DNA from: Myxococcota bacterium
GTDB lineage: Bacteria; Myxococcota_A; Bradymonadia; UBA7976; UBA1532
DNA length: 64,000 nt
Direction: 5' to 3'
Assembly (NCBI GenBank): GCA_036337435.1
Contig: JAYZEG010000063.1
Location: forward strand, 1-64,000
Shown: piece by piece, positions 1 to 11,204 of the stretch
Layout of the letters: each line of letters starts with the position of its first letter
Numbering within the stretch: the stretch's first letter is position 1
Translations under genes and position numbers: made by a program
Notes under the pieces: model-generated
The model's input: only the letters and a program-made list of their open reading frames with translations
Databases searched by the model: none
Told to the model about the DNA's origin: nothing

Positions 1-1386
1 TTTCCAGACCAGTATACCGATGCGCGCGTGGTGCGCCTTGAGCAGAATTATCGCAGTCAGCGGCATATCTTGGATGCAGCTAATAAAGTCATCGAACACA
101 ATCAGAATCGACTTGGCAAGTCGCTTTGGACCGAGCGAGACGGCCAAGCTTTAATTCAATTAGAGGTCGCCGATAGCGGTCGCGCAGAAGCCAATTTCGT
201 CGCGGCCCGGATTTCAAAACTCTGTCAGGAAGAAGACCTCAGCCCCTCGGATATTGCGGTTTTGATGCGAGCAAACCATCTGTCTCTCGATTTGGAGACG
301 TGCTTACGTGCGCTGTCCATTCCATATCGAGTGGTTCGCGGCCGGGCATTTTTTGACCGCGCCGAAGTCAAAGACGCGCTGGCCTATGTACGCATGCTGG
401 TCAATCCCGATGACGAAGTGGCGTTCAGACGCTCCATCGCGGCGCCGGCTCGAGGTGTCGGCAAGGTTTCCATCAAAAAGATTGACGGCGTTTCGCAGAG
501 AGATTCGCTTTCCTTGTGGTCATCTGTTGATTCAATCCTCGCCGAGGGGACACTAAAAGGCAGGGCAAAGACTGGACTGGCCCAGTTTTATGAATCTGTA
601 AACAGATACAGAGATGCGAACTTAGTGGGTGCCGAGGCTGCCCAATCTATCAAAACCTTGCTCGGCGAAGTCGGTTTGTACAGGGACGTGTCCGTAGATG
701 ATCGAGACGAGGACGAATACCAACGACAGCAGAATATAGCACGTTTGGTCGCTGACATTGAATCTTGGAGCCAGCAGGAGCCGGATGCCCACTTGGAGAC
801 GTATTTAGAGCAAGTCAAATTAGTCAGCGACGGAGATGCTCAATCGGACGAGTCCGGTGAGGTTTCGCTGATGACAGTTCATGCGGCTAAAGGGCTGGAA
901 TTTCCGGTGGTTTTCGTCATCGGTATGGAAGAGGGAATTTTTCCACACAGTCGCTCTATTCAGGCGGGCGATGTCGAAGAGGAACGTCGGTTGTGCTACG
1001 TTGCCATCACCCGCGCCAAAGACCAGCTGATCTTGACAAGGGCACGGCGCCGCCATGGGTTTCAAGAAACGCAGTACAATCCGGCAAGTCGTTTTCTAGC
1101 CGAGTTGCCGGACGATGTATTGAATGCGTCTGTCCGCGTTCAATATGCGCGGTCAGAGCCTAAGTCGCACCGCACCAACCCCGTAAACTCCGCGACTTGG
1201 GGTGCGGATTCAAACCAAGCAGAGCTCAGCGAATTCAATCGGGGTGCCCGAGTTTGGCATGCACAATTTGGGGCGGGGACCGTTCTTAATGTCACCCATG
1301 GTGTCCGTCTCATTCTGACTGTTCAGTTCGATGGTATGGAATCCATGAAGGTCGTGTCTGACTTTGTTTCTGTCTATGACGGTTGA
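1..1386 (+). CDS. uvrD: ATP-dependent DNA helicase UvrD/PcrA, C-terminal part (5'-truncated by the window edge)
   Basis: SF1 helicase motifs LEQNYRS, MTVHAAKGLEF and EEERRLCYVAITRA, plus the C-terminal Tudor-like RVWHAQFGAGTV; the frame is open to the window start. Confidence 0.93.
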   Translation, partial: FPDQYTDARVVRLEQNYRSQRHILDAANKVIEHNQNRLGKSLWTERDGQALIQLEVADSGRAEANFVAARISKLCQEEDLSPSDIAVLMRANHLSLDLETCLRALSIPYRVVRGRAFFDRAEVKDALAYVRMLVNPDDEVAFRRSIAAPARGVGKVSIKKIDGVSQRDSLSLWSSVDSILAEGTLKGRAKTGLAQFYESVNRYRDANLVGAEAAQSIKTLLGEVGLYRDVSVDDRDEDEYQRQQNIARLVADIESWSQQEPDAHLETYLEQVKLVSDGDAQSDESGEVSLMTVHAAKGLEFPVVFVIGMEEGIFPHSRSIQAGDVEEERRLCYVAITRAKDQLILTRARRRHGFQETQYNPASRFLAELPDDVLNASVRVQYARSEPKSHRTNPVNSATWGADSNQAELSEFNRGARVWHAQFGAGTVLNVTHGVRLILTVQFDGMESMKVVSDFVSVYDG

Positions 1387-1441
1387 CTGTCGCGTCTATA
1401 TCTTACATTAGGGTTCCTGACATAACTCTTTAAATAGAGCG

Positions 1442-2572
1442 ATGGCTTCATCGAAAGACAGGTCATCGATGACTCAGCGTCGCCAAAGAGCGAAAGCTGC
1501 CGCCGAGTATGGAATCAACGTGAGCAAACGATGCAGACATTGTGGGGCACTCATCTCGAGCCAAAAGTCGGCTGAATCGGGCGTTTGCGTTGTCTGTGGG
1601 CGGATGCTTGATATTGAGCCGACGGTGCCAGAACTGGCTGACACGCCGTCTGTGGGCAATGAGATTTTAGTCAATGTGCCCGTCAATAGCCAAGCTGAGA
1701 CATTGGGTTTGGAACTCGGTGCACGGCTGGGCCCTTTGCCGACGGACTCAGATGATATTGATATTTCTGCTCTCCTGGATGGCCAAGGGAATCCATCAGC
1801 CGCGTCTGAGACGGCGGCTCCGTGGCGTATTCGAACAACACGGGGCGTAATTTACGAGGCGGCGTCCATCGACGAGGTTGCTCAGCACGTACAGAATAGC
1901 GACGATCCAAGCCGACTCGATGTGGCGCGAGGCCTCGCTCCGTTTCGAGCCATTGATAGTTATGCTGAATTCACGGCGTTATTGACTGATTCATCGCAAA
2001 TTCGAGGCTCGATGTCAGACTTACTCGAAGACATGAGCGTCGCTGCATCCATGGATTCATCCGTTGATGCGGTCATTTACGAAGACGGCGCGTCATCGGG
2101 GTCGCTACAGCTCGATTTACAAACCGCCAGCCATCGGCATGCGGGCGTGCTCGGTCATCGGGAGACTCGACATGCTATCTCTTCTCAGGTGCCGACGCTT
2201 GCGGGTTCGGATTCGACATCGGACAAACGCCTTGGATTCGGCTTTGCTGCCTCTATACTCTTCGTTTGTATCGGCTTCGCTCTCACGAATGTTGGGCGTC
2301 TTAAAGCAGATAGGCAGGACCAACCGGATGGGCAGCCACTTGTGGTCATAGCAAAATTTGAATCGAAGCAAATTGAACGCGCTCAAAAGGCCATTGAGGC
2401 AGGCAGTTACACGACGGCTGCAAAAATTCTTGAAGGTTTGTCTAAGCGTTCAAAGAATCCAGTCGTTTTTAAGAATCTAGCCATCGCGCTCGCTCGGACC
2501 AACAGACCGAGTGAAGCAAAACGCGCACTTGATACGTATCGGCGATTGGTGAATAGGGAGAAAAAGAAATGA
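1442..2572 (+). CDS. Zinc-ribbon, putative GYF-like, single-TM, C-terminal TPR membrane protein
   Basis: CRHC...CVVC near the N-terminus; WRIRTTRGVIYE segment reminiscent of GYF_2; hydrophobic FGFAASILFVCIGFAL; TPR-like C-terminus; overlaps the next start (ATGA). Confidence 0.65.
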   Translation: MASSKDRSSMTQRRQRAKAAAEYGINVSKRCRHCGALISSQKSAESGVCVVCGRMLDIEPTVPELADTPSVGNEILVNVPVNSQAETLGLELGARLGPLPTDSDDIDISALLDGQGNPSAASETAAPWRIRTTRGVIYEAASIDEVAQHVQNSDDPSRLDVARGLAPFRAIDSYAEFTALLTDSSQIRGSMSDLLEDMSVAASMDSSVDAVIYEDGASSGSLQLDLQTASHRHAGVLGHRETRHAISSQVPTLAGSDSTSDKRLGFGFAASILFVCIGFALTNVGRLKADRQDQPDGQPLVVIAKFESKQIERAQKAIEAGSYTTAAKILEGLSKRSKNPVVFKNLAIALARTNRPSEAKRALDTYRRLVNREKKK

Positions 2573-4743
2573 TCGTGATTTGCGAATCATGCGGTGCCAG
2601 TCTTGACGCGTCTGCTGCTGCAGACAACTCAGGGCCGATAACCATCAAATGCACTCAGTGTAACCATGTTATGACGAGTGTTGAATTGATAAACCAGGGC
2701 ACTGGGAGAATTGGTGATACTCAGCCGAAGCGGGCTGCCTTCAAGGTACCCGAGAGCACCATCGACGCACCAGACCCTGACTCGGTGGCTGACGAATCAA
2801 CAGGATATCCAGATTTTGCGACAGCACCCGAAGATGCGTTCAAACAAAAACCAGCTGTCAAGCCCCTTGAGACGCCGCTTTCACCAACCCTTGGCACATT
2901 TCGGCCGAATCGTAAGAAACCACCTCCGCTGCCACCCCTCGGTCCAACGGGCACGACCGCCGGGATGATCCCCCCGAGCATTGTGCCCATTGATGATGCT
3001 CAGACCCAACCTGTCGGACCGCTGTTGGACGCCTCCGACGGCGCACTCAGTGAAATGGAGCCATTGGCACCTGGCGATACGGAAGATTTCCCTCCGGTCG
3101 GGCCCAAGGCGTCCCTCGAAAATGAGTCCATTGCCCCTGCAGAGTTGGCTGCCGAATCTGCGGTTGAGCCTCCTCAAGAGACAATTTCGTCCATCGCGGA
3201 TGCCGTGAAGCATTTGACGACCGGCGAGATTCCCAAAGTGACTATTCCAGCACCGCTGGAGCAGCCACTTCAATTTACAGATGAAAAAACCATCTCGCCA
3301 ACGGCGACTACCTCCAAAAAAAGAACGGGACTCGCTTGGCTGTTTTTTATCAGTATTTGCGTCAACATTGCCCTCGTTTATTTGTGGCAATCGGAGCGGT
3401 TTCCTAGTCGAGGAAACGTCGCCACAGCGAATCTTGGAAGTCCAGCAAGCCTCTCTAATGTCAATGGGTTAATTTTCGCAGCCCAGGCGATTCAGCAAGA
3501 CACAGATGACGGTCGAAAAATGGCTGGTCTGATTCTGAAGAGCCTTACGATTCCAAATGATTCGTCAAAGGTTGCTCAATCGACTGTAGAGAATGCGAAA
3601 CTACTCTTAGCCCAGCTCAGCTTGGACCGTGCACAAAACGCAGCACTCCAAAAGCAATCCACTGCAGCCGAGCTGACCCAAGCTGAAGAATGGTTGAACG
3701 CCCTAAGTCCTGAAGCCAACACCCATCCCTTGGCTCCAGGATTAAGAGCAAGATTACATCGTCTGGCGGGCCGTACTCAGGCGGCAAATACAGCGTTGAA
3801 GAATGGGCCTGTTTCCAAAACAATGACGCCGAGTTTCGCTCGCGTGCTGAGAGCTGGTGAGCGTGCGCTGCTTGATCTCCCAGACGTGGCGATGGATGCG
3901 TCGGGACGAATAATGGGCTTAAATCGTTTGTCTTCTGACATTACGATGTTGCCGACCTATTGGGGCTTGCGCGTAGAAGCGGCTCTTGCAGCAAAACGAT
4001 ATGACCTGGCCGAGCAAAATCTTTTGGCTGCGCCGGCTGGATCACTCCGTGCGTACTTTCGTCGGCAACTGAAGCAGCAACGTCCTGTTGAGAAAAGCTC
4101 TGAAAAAACCGATGACATACCTGTGTCCGCGTCAGAAAAAAAGACGGTTGAATTGGCGATGGAAAAAAGCACGAAGCAGGACAGGTCACCGTCTATGCTC
4201 AAACCAGTGAGTGGGGCAATGACGGCTGACAAATTGAGACCCGATGTCTCCAAGAAGACCCGAGGTGGTCGACTGTCAAACGATGAGAGTCCGATTGAAA
4301 GAGCCGTAGCCAAAAAACGGGCGGAGACGGGTACAAAAAAGGCCAAGCCTAACTCAGTAAAATTGGCTCAGGACACCGGACGGGAGTCCTACAAGTCTCT
4401 GATGAAGCAGGGGTCGAAACTTTTGGAAAACGGTCGCGTCCGTCAGGCCAGAGTCAAATTTGAAGCCGCTGCCAAAGCAAATCCGAATCGCCCATCACCC
4501 TTCGTTCAGCTGGGTTGGTGTGAAATTAATTTGCAGTCGTACAGTCGTGCTGTTCGCCAATTTAAAAAAGCATTGAGCGTAAGCCCAAACCATCGGGACG
4601 CGTCTTTTGGTCTTGGCGTTGCCTATGAGAAAATGGGACGCACAGGCCAAGCCATCAAGGTCTATGAGGGCTACTTGCGTCGTCATCCCAACGATCGGAA
4701 TACCAGAAAAATTAAATTTCGACTCGACCGTCTAAGGCCTTAG
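2569..4743 (+). CDS. MJ0042-type zinc-ribbon protein with Pro-rich linker, single TM and C-terminal TPRs
   Basis: MIVICESC...ITIKCTQC zinc ribbon; Pro/acidic linker; TM LAWLFFISICVNIALVYLW; clear TPRs (ASFGLGVAYEKMG). Confidence 0.8.
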   Translation: MIVICESCGASLDASAAADNSGPITIKCTQCNHVMTSVELINQGTGRIGDTQPKRAAFKVPESTIDAPDPDSVADESTGYPDFATAPEDAFKQKPAVKPLETPLSPTLGTFRPNRKKPPPLPPLGPTGTTAGMIPPSIVPIDDAQTQPVGPLLDASDGALSEMEPLAPGDTEDFPPVGPKASLENESIAPAELAAESAVEPPQETISSIADAVKHLTTGEIPKVTIPAPLEQPLQFTDEKTISPTATTSKKRTGLAWLFFISICVNIALVYLWQSERFPSRGNVATANLGSPASLSNVNGLIFAAQAIQQDTDDGRKMAGLILKSLTIPNDSSKVAQSTVENAKLLLAQLSLDRAQNAALQKQSTAAELTQAEEWLNALSPEANTHPLAPGLRARLHRLAGRTQAANTALKNGPVSKTMTPSFARVLRAGERALLDLPDVAMDASGRIMGLNRLSSDITMLPTYWGLRVEAALAAKRYDLAEQNLLAAPAGSLRAYFRRQLKQQRPVEKSSEKTDDIPVSASEKKTVELAMEKSTKQDRSPSMLKPVSGAMTADKLRPDVSKKTRGGRLSNDESPIERAVAKKRAETGTKKAKPNSVKLAQDTGRESYKSLMKQGSKLLENGRVRQARVKFEAAAKANPNRPSPFVQLGWCEINLQSYSRAVRQFKKALSVSPNHRDASFGLGVAYEKMGRTGQAIKVYEGYLRRHPNDRNTRKIKFRLDRLRP

Positions 4744-5199
4744 GAAGGGGTCGCACCAAACATCGAGACAACCTATTTGTCCTCTCGTGCATTTAAGACT
4801 CGTAACTGTGGCAGAAACCGCCTATAACGCGACCCCCAAAAGTCAGACGGACAATGTATGAAAGCCAATCGAAGGGTCTTCCAACGACCAAATGCCAAGT
4901 ACGAGGCCAGTCTGTGTCTCACAGCTGATATGGTGGAGTTGTTGGTTCCGTTGCGTGAGCAATACGTGGATTCGAGCGGTGGACACAAGCCCCTTCAAAT
5001 CGTGTCCCCTCACATGGAGACGGTGCTCAGAGCTGTCAGATGAATCTGAATACAGTCATTAGAGCTTAGATTTATTCAGCTGCCCGCTGGATTTAGGCTG
5101 ACTTTCTTGTGTTGGTACTCATGCACCTATGATTGTGACCATCCCTCTGGTATCAGTTCATTATTCGTGTCCGTTTGGGCTGTGTGCGGGAGAACAAGG

Positions 5200-6249
5200 A
5201 TGTCTGAAGAGAGCTTTAAAACCATCGAATGGACTAAAACAGCTGTTCGACTTCTAGACCAAAGGCGGCTGCCATCGAACGAATCGTATGTGTCCTGTGC
5301 AACACATCTCGAGGTTGCCCAAGCCATCGAGGAAATGGTTGTGCGAGGTGCCCCAGCCATTGGTATTGTTGCGGCATACGGGCTTACGCTTGGACTACGG
5401 GAGTTGATGACCGAAAAACAGACGGCTCAATTCGATGACATCGACAGACTGTTTCATCGCCTCGCCGCAACTCGCCCAACGGCGGTCAATCTGTTTTGGG
5501 CACTCGACCGTCTCAAACGTCTGGTCGAACGCCACGGTGAAGAACCTTTGGCTCGTTTGGCCGACCGGATTGAGTCCGAGGCCATGACAATTCACCAAGA
5601 AGACCGAGACATGTGTCGGGCCATGGGGCGATATGGAGCCGAATTATTTCATGCTTCTTCACGCATAATGACGCACTGTAACACCGGTGCACTCGCAACC
5701 GGTGGCGCAGGAACAGCTTTGGCGGTTGTTCGTGAACTGGCGACTCAAGGTAAGCTCATTCATGTCTTTGCCGGTGAAACAAGACCGTTCTTGCAGGGCT
5801 CAAGACTGACCGCCTGGGAGTTAGACCGGGATGACATCCCGGTCTCCGTGATTACAGACGGTATGGCCGCTGATTTAATGAGACGTGGTCAGATTGACGC
5901 CGTGGTCGTCGGTGCCGATCGAATTGCCGCGAATGGAGATGTCGCAAACAAAATAGGCACCTATGGCTTGGCCGTACTCTGTCGAATGCACGAGATCCCA
6001 TTTTACGTTGTTGCACCGACGTCGACGGTCGATCTGGAAACAATCGATGGCACCCAAATCGAGATCGAGCAACGGTCTGCCCGCGAAGTAACCCACGTGG
6101 GTGACCAGCGGATTGTGCCTGAGGGGGTGTCCGTACTAAATCCCGCATTTGATGTGACGCCCAATACGCTCGTCACAGCCATCATCACGGAGAACGGTGT
6201 GGTTGAAAAACCCTACACGACCGGTTTACGAAATGAGATCGCGTCGTAA
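5200..6249 (+). CDS. mtnA: S-methyl-5-thioribose-1-phosphate isomerase
   Basis: MVVRGAPAIG, RPTAVNL, THCNTGALAT, ETRPFLQGSRLTAWEL, GADRIAANGDVANKIGTY, NPAFDVTP; start placed at ATG 5200 after GGGAGA. Confidence 0.95.
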   Translation: MSEESFKTIEWTKTAVRLLDQRRLPSNESYVSCATHLEVAQAIEEMVVRGAPAIGIVAAYGLTLGLRELMTEKQTAQFDDIDRLFHRLAATRPTAVNLFWALDRLKRLVERHGEEPLARLADRIESEAMTIHQEDRDMCRAMGRYGAELFHASSRIMTHCNTGALATGGAGTALAVVRELATQGKLIHVFAGETRPFLQGSRLTAWELDRDDIPVSVITDGMAADLMRRGQIDAVVVGADRIAANGDVANKIGTYGLAVLCRMHEIPFYVVAPTSTVDLETIDGTQIEIEQRSAREVTHVGDQRIVPEGVSVLNPAFDVTPNTLVTAIITENGVVEKPYTTGLRNEIAS

Positions 6250-6295
6250 AAAACCATGAGTGCACTTTCCTTTTCAAGATTCGTATGGATCTTGG

Positions 6296-6324
6296 TTGAC
6301 ATTTTTAGAAACTCAGCATAATGT
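6296..6324 (+). promoter_or_regulatory. Putative sigma70 promoter of the rplU-rpmA-obgE operon
   Basis: TTGACA (6296-6301), 17-nt spacer, TAATGT (6319-6324), then a GC-rich discriminator-like TCGCGGCCC. Confidence 0.6.
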
Positions 6325-6422
6325 TCGCGGCCCTGTGAGCTTTTTGTGCTCGCAGTTCTCAGAAATTGGACGTATACAGACTGGCAGAGTGAAAGCTCTC
6401 GTCGGCCAGATGGACAGATAAG

Positions 6423-6737
6423 ATGTACGCAATAATCAAAACGGGCGGTAAGCAATACCGCGTGAGTCCCGGGCAGACCTTACGTGTCGAGAAATTAGAC
6501 GGCGATGTAGGGGAGACCGTTGAGTTGGACAATGTACTTCTCGTGGGCGGTGGCGAGGGCATTCAAATCGGCACGCCCAGCGTATCAGGGGCGGCAGTCA
6601 GCGCTGAGATCGTTGAGCAGGGCCGTGCCAAGAAGATCATCGTTTTCAAAAAGAAGCGCCGTAAGGGCTATCACAAAAAGCAAGGGCACCGGCAATATTA
6701 CACGGGCCTTAAGATCACCGAAATTCGCGCATCGTAG
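6423..6737 (+). CDS. rplU: 50S ribosomal protein L21
   Basis: [14 protein letters not shown]...[10 protein letters not shown]. Confidence 0.98.
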   Translation: MYAIIKTGGKQYRVSPGQTLRVEKLDGDVGETVELDNVLLVGGGEGIQIGTPSVSGAAVSAEIVEQGRAKKIIVFKKKRRKGYHKKQGHRQYYTGLKITEIRAS

Positions 6738-6764
6738 CGCATCCAATCGGTAGGAGTAAGCGAG

Positions 6765-8062
<1,298 letters not shown>

Positions 8063-8108
8063 TCTTTTTTTTCGGTTAAGCGTCTGTTTTTAATGGAGTT
8101 TTATTCTT

Positions 8109-8156
8109 GCGAGATGTCGCTAGTATAGTTGACACTGAGGCGCGAGATGTGCTAGT
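8109..8156 (+). repeat. Imperfect direct repeat upstream of the glt-like operon (candidate regulator site)
   Basis: GCGAGATGTCGCTAGT (8109-8124) and GCGAGATGT-GCTAGT (8142-8156). Confidence 0.5.
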
Positions 8157-8205
8157 CGGATCACCAGTTTCCGGTCAAATGAGATCGCCGAAGGGACCCA
8201 CCCAA

Positions 8206-8898
8206 ATGGCAAGAATTTTTGCAGTACTCGTTCTATTTTCTGGCGTTGCATACGCCCAGGCCCCAGGTTCGCCAGCAGAACCAAAAGCGGCAGAGTCGCC
8301 CAAGGTGACTGAACAAGGAAATACAGCTCTGTCGACACCATCCAGTGCTGACGATGCATACAAGGTCAAACTAAATGACCTGCAAGGGCGCGTAAACGAG
8401 CTGAAGGAAAAGATTTTTCGGACAAAGACTCGGCTCGCCATTTTGAAGGAAAGTATCCTTTCCACAAGCATTGCAGGCGCTGAAGCTCAACTGATCCACC
8501 GAAATGAAATGGGTGCCAGTTTTAATCTCGAAAAAATCATCTATTCCCTGGATGGAACGCCCATCAAGACGAAGATCGACAAAGATGGCGATTTGGCAGA
8601 CCAAAAAGAGATCCAAATTTTCGACGGCCCAATCGTTCCCGGTAATCACACCATTTCGGTTGTGATGATTTATCGTGGCAATGGGTTCGGCATTTTCTCC
8701 TACCTCCGCGGCTATGTCTTCACACTCCGCTCGTCGCACACGTTTCACGCTGAGGAAGGGAAGCGAGTCCAAGTGAAGATTATCGGCTATGAGAAAGGCG
8801 GAATGACAACAGACCTCCGTGACAAGCCAGACATTCGGTTTGAGAGAACCCTAGCCGAAGCGAAGCAGAGCGCATCCGATAAAGTCGATTCGAAGTAA
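8206..8898 (+). CDS. Secreted protein with coiled coil and beta-rich domain; first gene of the glt-like operon
   Basis: Signal peptide MARIFAVLVLFSGVAYA; heptad segment LNDLQGRVNELKEKIFRTKTRLAIL; beta-rich C-terminal half; 8 nt from the next gene. Confidence 0.75.
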   Translation: MARIFAVLVLFSGVAYAQAPGSPAEPKAAESPKVTEQGNTALSTPSSADDAYKVKLNDLQGRVNELKEKIFRTKTRLAILKESILSTSIAGAEAQLIHRNEMGASFNLEKIIYSLDGTPIKTKIDKDGDLADQKEIQIFDGPIVPGNHTISVVMIYRGNGFGIFSYLRGYVFTLRSSHTFHAEEGKRVQVKIIGYEKGGMTTDLRDKPDIRFERTLAEAKQSASDKVDSK

Positions 8899-8906
8899 GG
8901 TTCTTC

Positions 8907-11204
8907 ATGTTTGAATGTGTGTCTGCACCTACTTACGCGAGACGGTTGTTAACAAGAGCCGTCACCGGTCTAGTCGCTATCGGCTTGTTTGTCGGTGGTG
9001 CCAAAGAAGCAGGTGCGGATGGTGGAGAACTCAAGCAATTAAGAGCCGACCTAACCGCCGTCTCCGATCAAATTCAAGCTCTCGATAAGCTGTACCTTGC
9101 GGGTGCCATTCGGGAACAGGGAAATCGATTTGCTGCGCGTATGAATGATGGCCAGTTATTCTTTGTCTCCAAGGCGTATGACCGTGCTGCAATGGTTTTC
9201 CTAGACCTGGTCGAAGACCAATCGAATCGGTCAAAAGCTGGGTACAGGGACGCGGTCTTTTTTCTTGCGGAATCTCTGTATCAAGTTCGCAATTGGTCTG
9301 GCAGCATCCGTTATTTCGAATCACTCGCCACACTGGGCAGTTCGACGCAGAAACAACATGCGGTTGCCAGACTATTAGAGTTGAGTGGCTTGGCCAACGA
9401 CGGCAACTTGGGTCGCAAATACGTGGCTGTCGCGACCCAAAGCCTTCAATCGCAAGCATCGCCATTGTTACAATACGCATTGGGCAAGTACCAATATCGA
9501 CAAAACAGGCTATCCGAGAGTCGGACTTTGTTTTCGCAAGTCAGTGCAGGCACGGACGTTTACGTTAAGGCTCAGTATTTTCTCGGTGTTGTCTTCATTC
9601 GGTTGAAGAATCTAGACAGTGCCGAAGCGGCTTTTCGTGCAGCTTTCGCGGCATCCGAAAATGCTCAGGACGGAACAGAGAATAAGCTGATTCGAGACGA
9701 GGCATTATTGGCACTCGCTCGAATTGCCTACGAAAAATCTCAGTTTGATATCGCGGTTGACCTGTACAATCGAGTCCCCAGGCAGTCGCCGAAATTTGAC
9801 GAAGCAATGTATGAGTTGGTTTGGATCGCGATTAAAGCCAGAGATTATGAGCGCGCGCTCAGAAAGCTAGACCTCCTTCTCATCAGTCAGCCAGAAGTCT
9901 TAGACAGCTCCGATGCACGTCTTTTAAAAGGTAAACTGAAGTTGATGCTTAAAGACTACTTGGCTGCAGAACAATCATTCTTGGCGGTCTCGGATGCTTT
10001 TGGACTCATTAAGACGGAAATGGAAGATGTAGAGAAAAAGCATCGGGATTTGGCGCGTCATTTCGATAAAATTATCGGTGACCGAATCGCTGATTTCGAT
10101 CTGAGATCAGTTCTTCCAAAGAAGGCCACCAAGGTGGCGGGCGATGATTTGGCTCGCGGCCGCGATGTACGCTTGGTGGCTGATGTTGCCGCGCAAAGAC
10201 GGGATATGGAACAAGCTAAGCGAAACGTGAAACTCCTGGAAGCAGCCCTCGCATCGGACGCGCGTGCCAAGATCTTTCCCAAGGTCAACATCGGACTGTT
10301 GCGAGCCGTTGAACTAAAAACAAGATTGGCCTTAATCAGAGCCCGTTTGAACGATGTCTCTGGTCGTCAACCGGTCGGTCGTCAATCGGATTACAACGTC
10401 TTGCGAACTGAGCGACAATCCTGGCAATCACGACTTGAGAATGTGCCAAGAAGTGTCGCGCGAATTCAGGAGCGAAATGATAAAGTCGAAGGTAAAATGG
10501 CTCAGCTTGACCAAGCCGCTCATCGGCTTCGGGTTGACCTACGCGGTGTCGAAGCCCAACTCGTCGCCATTGATAAATACCTAAAGGACTCTGACGACAC
10601 CACGGGTGGAGGGGCTGCTAATCGATCCTTGCAGCGGGAAAAAAACGAAGCCAAGAAGGTCAAAGCGGAGATCGAGGAATTGGTTAGTCGCATCGATAAA
10701 GAGCGACTCAATGTCGGCCTAAACGACGCAGCATCGAGAAACGATGAGAAAATCTTTTTGAGATTCAACGATGCTCTGAAACGCGAAAGCGAGTGGTTAA
10801 TCGGTCGCAATGCGCTGTTGGAACGGCCGTTATATGAGCAAACGCTCGCTTTAGATGGGCAAGTCGATCGGTTCAGTCAGGCAGCACAAAAACTCATCGG
10901 CACACGCATCGCCGAATTTAAGTCAATCCTTCGAGCTGAGCGGTCGCGAATGACAACGTACAACGGTGAGTTAAGTCGTCAAGAAGCGTCGACTCGAGCA
11001 CTTGGCGGTGCCATTGCGGCCAGAACGTTTCGTAGGGTCCTGAAAAAGATCACGGGTATCGTCATCGAAGCCGATGTGGGTCTCGTTGACGTGTCTTGGA
11101 AGCGCAAGGACGACAAATCGAAGGACATCGGACGGGTCTTTGAGCGGCAACGAGCTGAGTACTTGCGCCTTCAAACTCTATTTGAAGAGGTGACAGGTGA
11201 GTAG
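8907..11204 (+). CDS. Periplasmic TPR plus coiled-coil protein (GltC-like by context)
   Basis: N-terminal hydrophobic signal; TPRs (AVFFLAESLY, AQYFLG, ALLALARIAYE); long coiled coil; overlaps the next gene. Confidence 0.7.
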   Translation: MFECVSAPTYARRLLTRAVTGLVAIGLFVGGAKEAGADGGELKQLRADLTAVSDQIQALDKLYLAGAIREQGNRFAARMNDGQLFFVSKAYDRAAMVFLDLVEDQSNRSKAGYRDAVFFLAESLYQVRNWSGSIRYFESLATLGSSTQKQHAVARLLELSGLANDGNLGRKYVAVATQSLQSQASPLLQYALGKYQYRQNRLSESRTLFSQVSAGTDVYVKAQYFLGVVFIRLKNLDSAEAAFRAAFAASENAQDGTENKLIRDEALLALARIAYEKSQFDIAVDLYNRVPRQSPKFDEAMYELVWIAIKARDYERALRKLDLLLISQPEVLDSSDARLLKGKLKLMLKDYLAAEQSFLAVSDAFGLIKTEMEDVEKKHRDLARHFDKIIGDRIADFDLRSVLPKKATKVAGDDLARGRDVRLVADVAAQRRDMEQAKRNVKLLEAALASDARAKIFPKVNIGLLRAVELKTRLALIRARLNDVSGRQPVGRQSDYNVLRTERQSWQSRLENVPRSVARIQERNDKVEGKMAQLDQAAHRLRVDLRGVEAQLVAIDKYLKDSDDTTGGGAANRSLQREKNEAKKVKAEIEELVSRIDKERLNVGLNDAASRNDEKIFLRFNDALKRESEWLIGRNALLERPLYEQTLALDGQVDRFSQAAQKLIGTRIAEFKSILRAERSRMTTYNGELSRQEASTRALGGAIAARTFRRVLKKITGIVIEADVGLVDVSWKRKDDKSKDIGRVFERQRAEYLRLQTLFEEVTGE

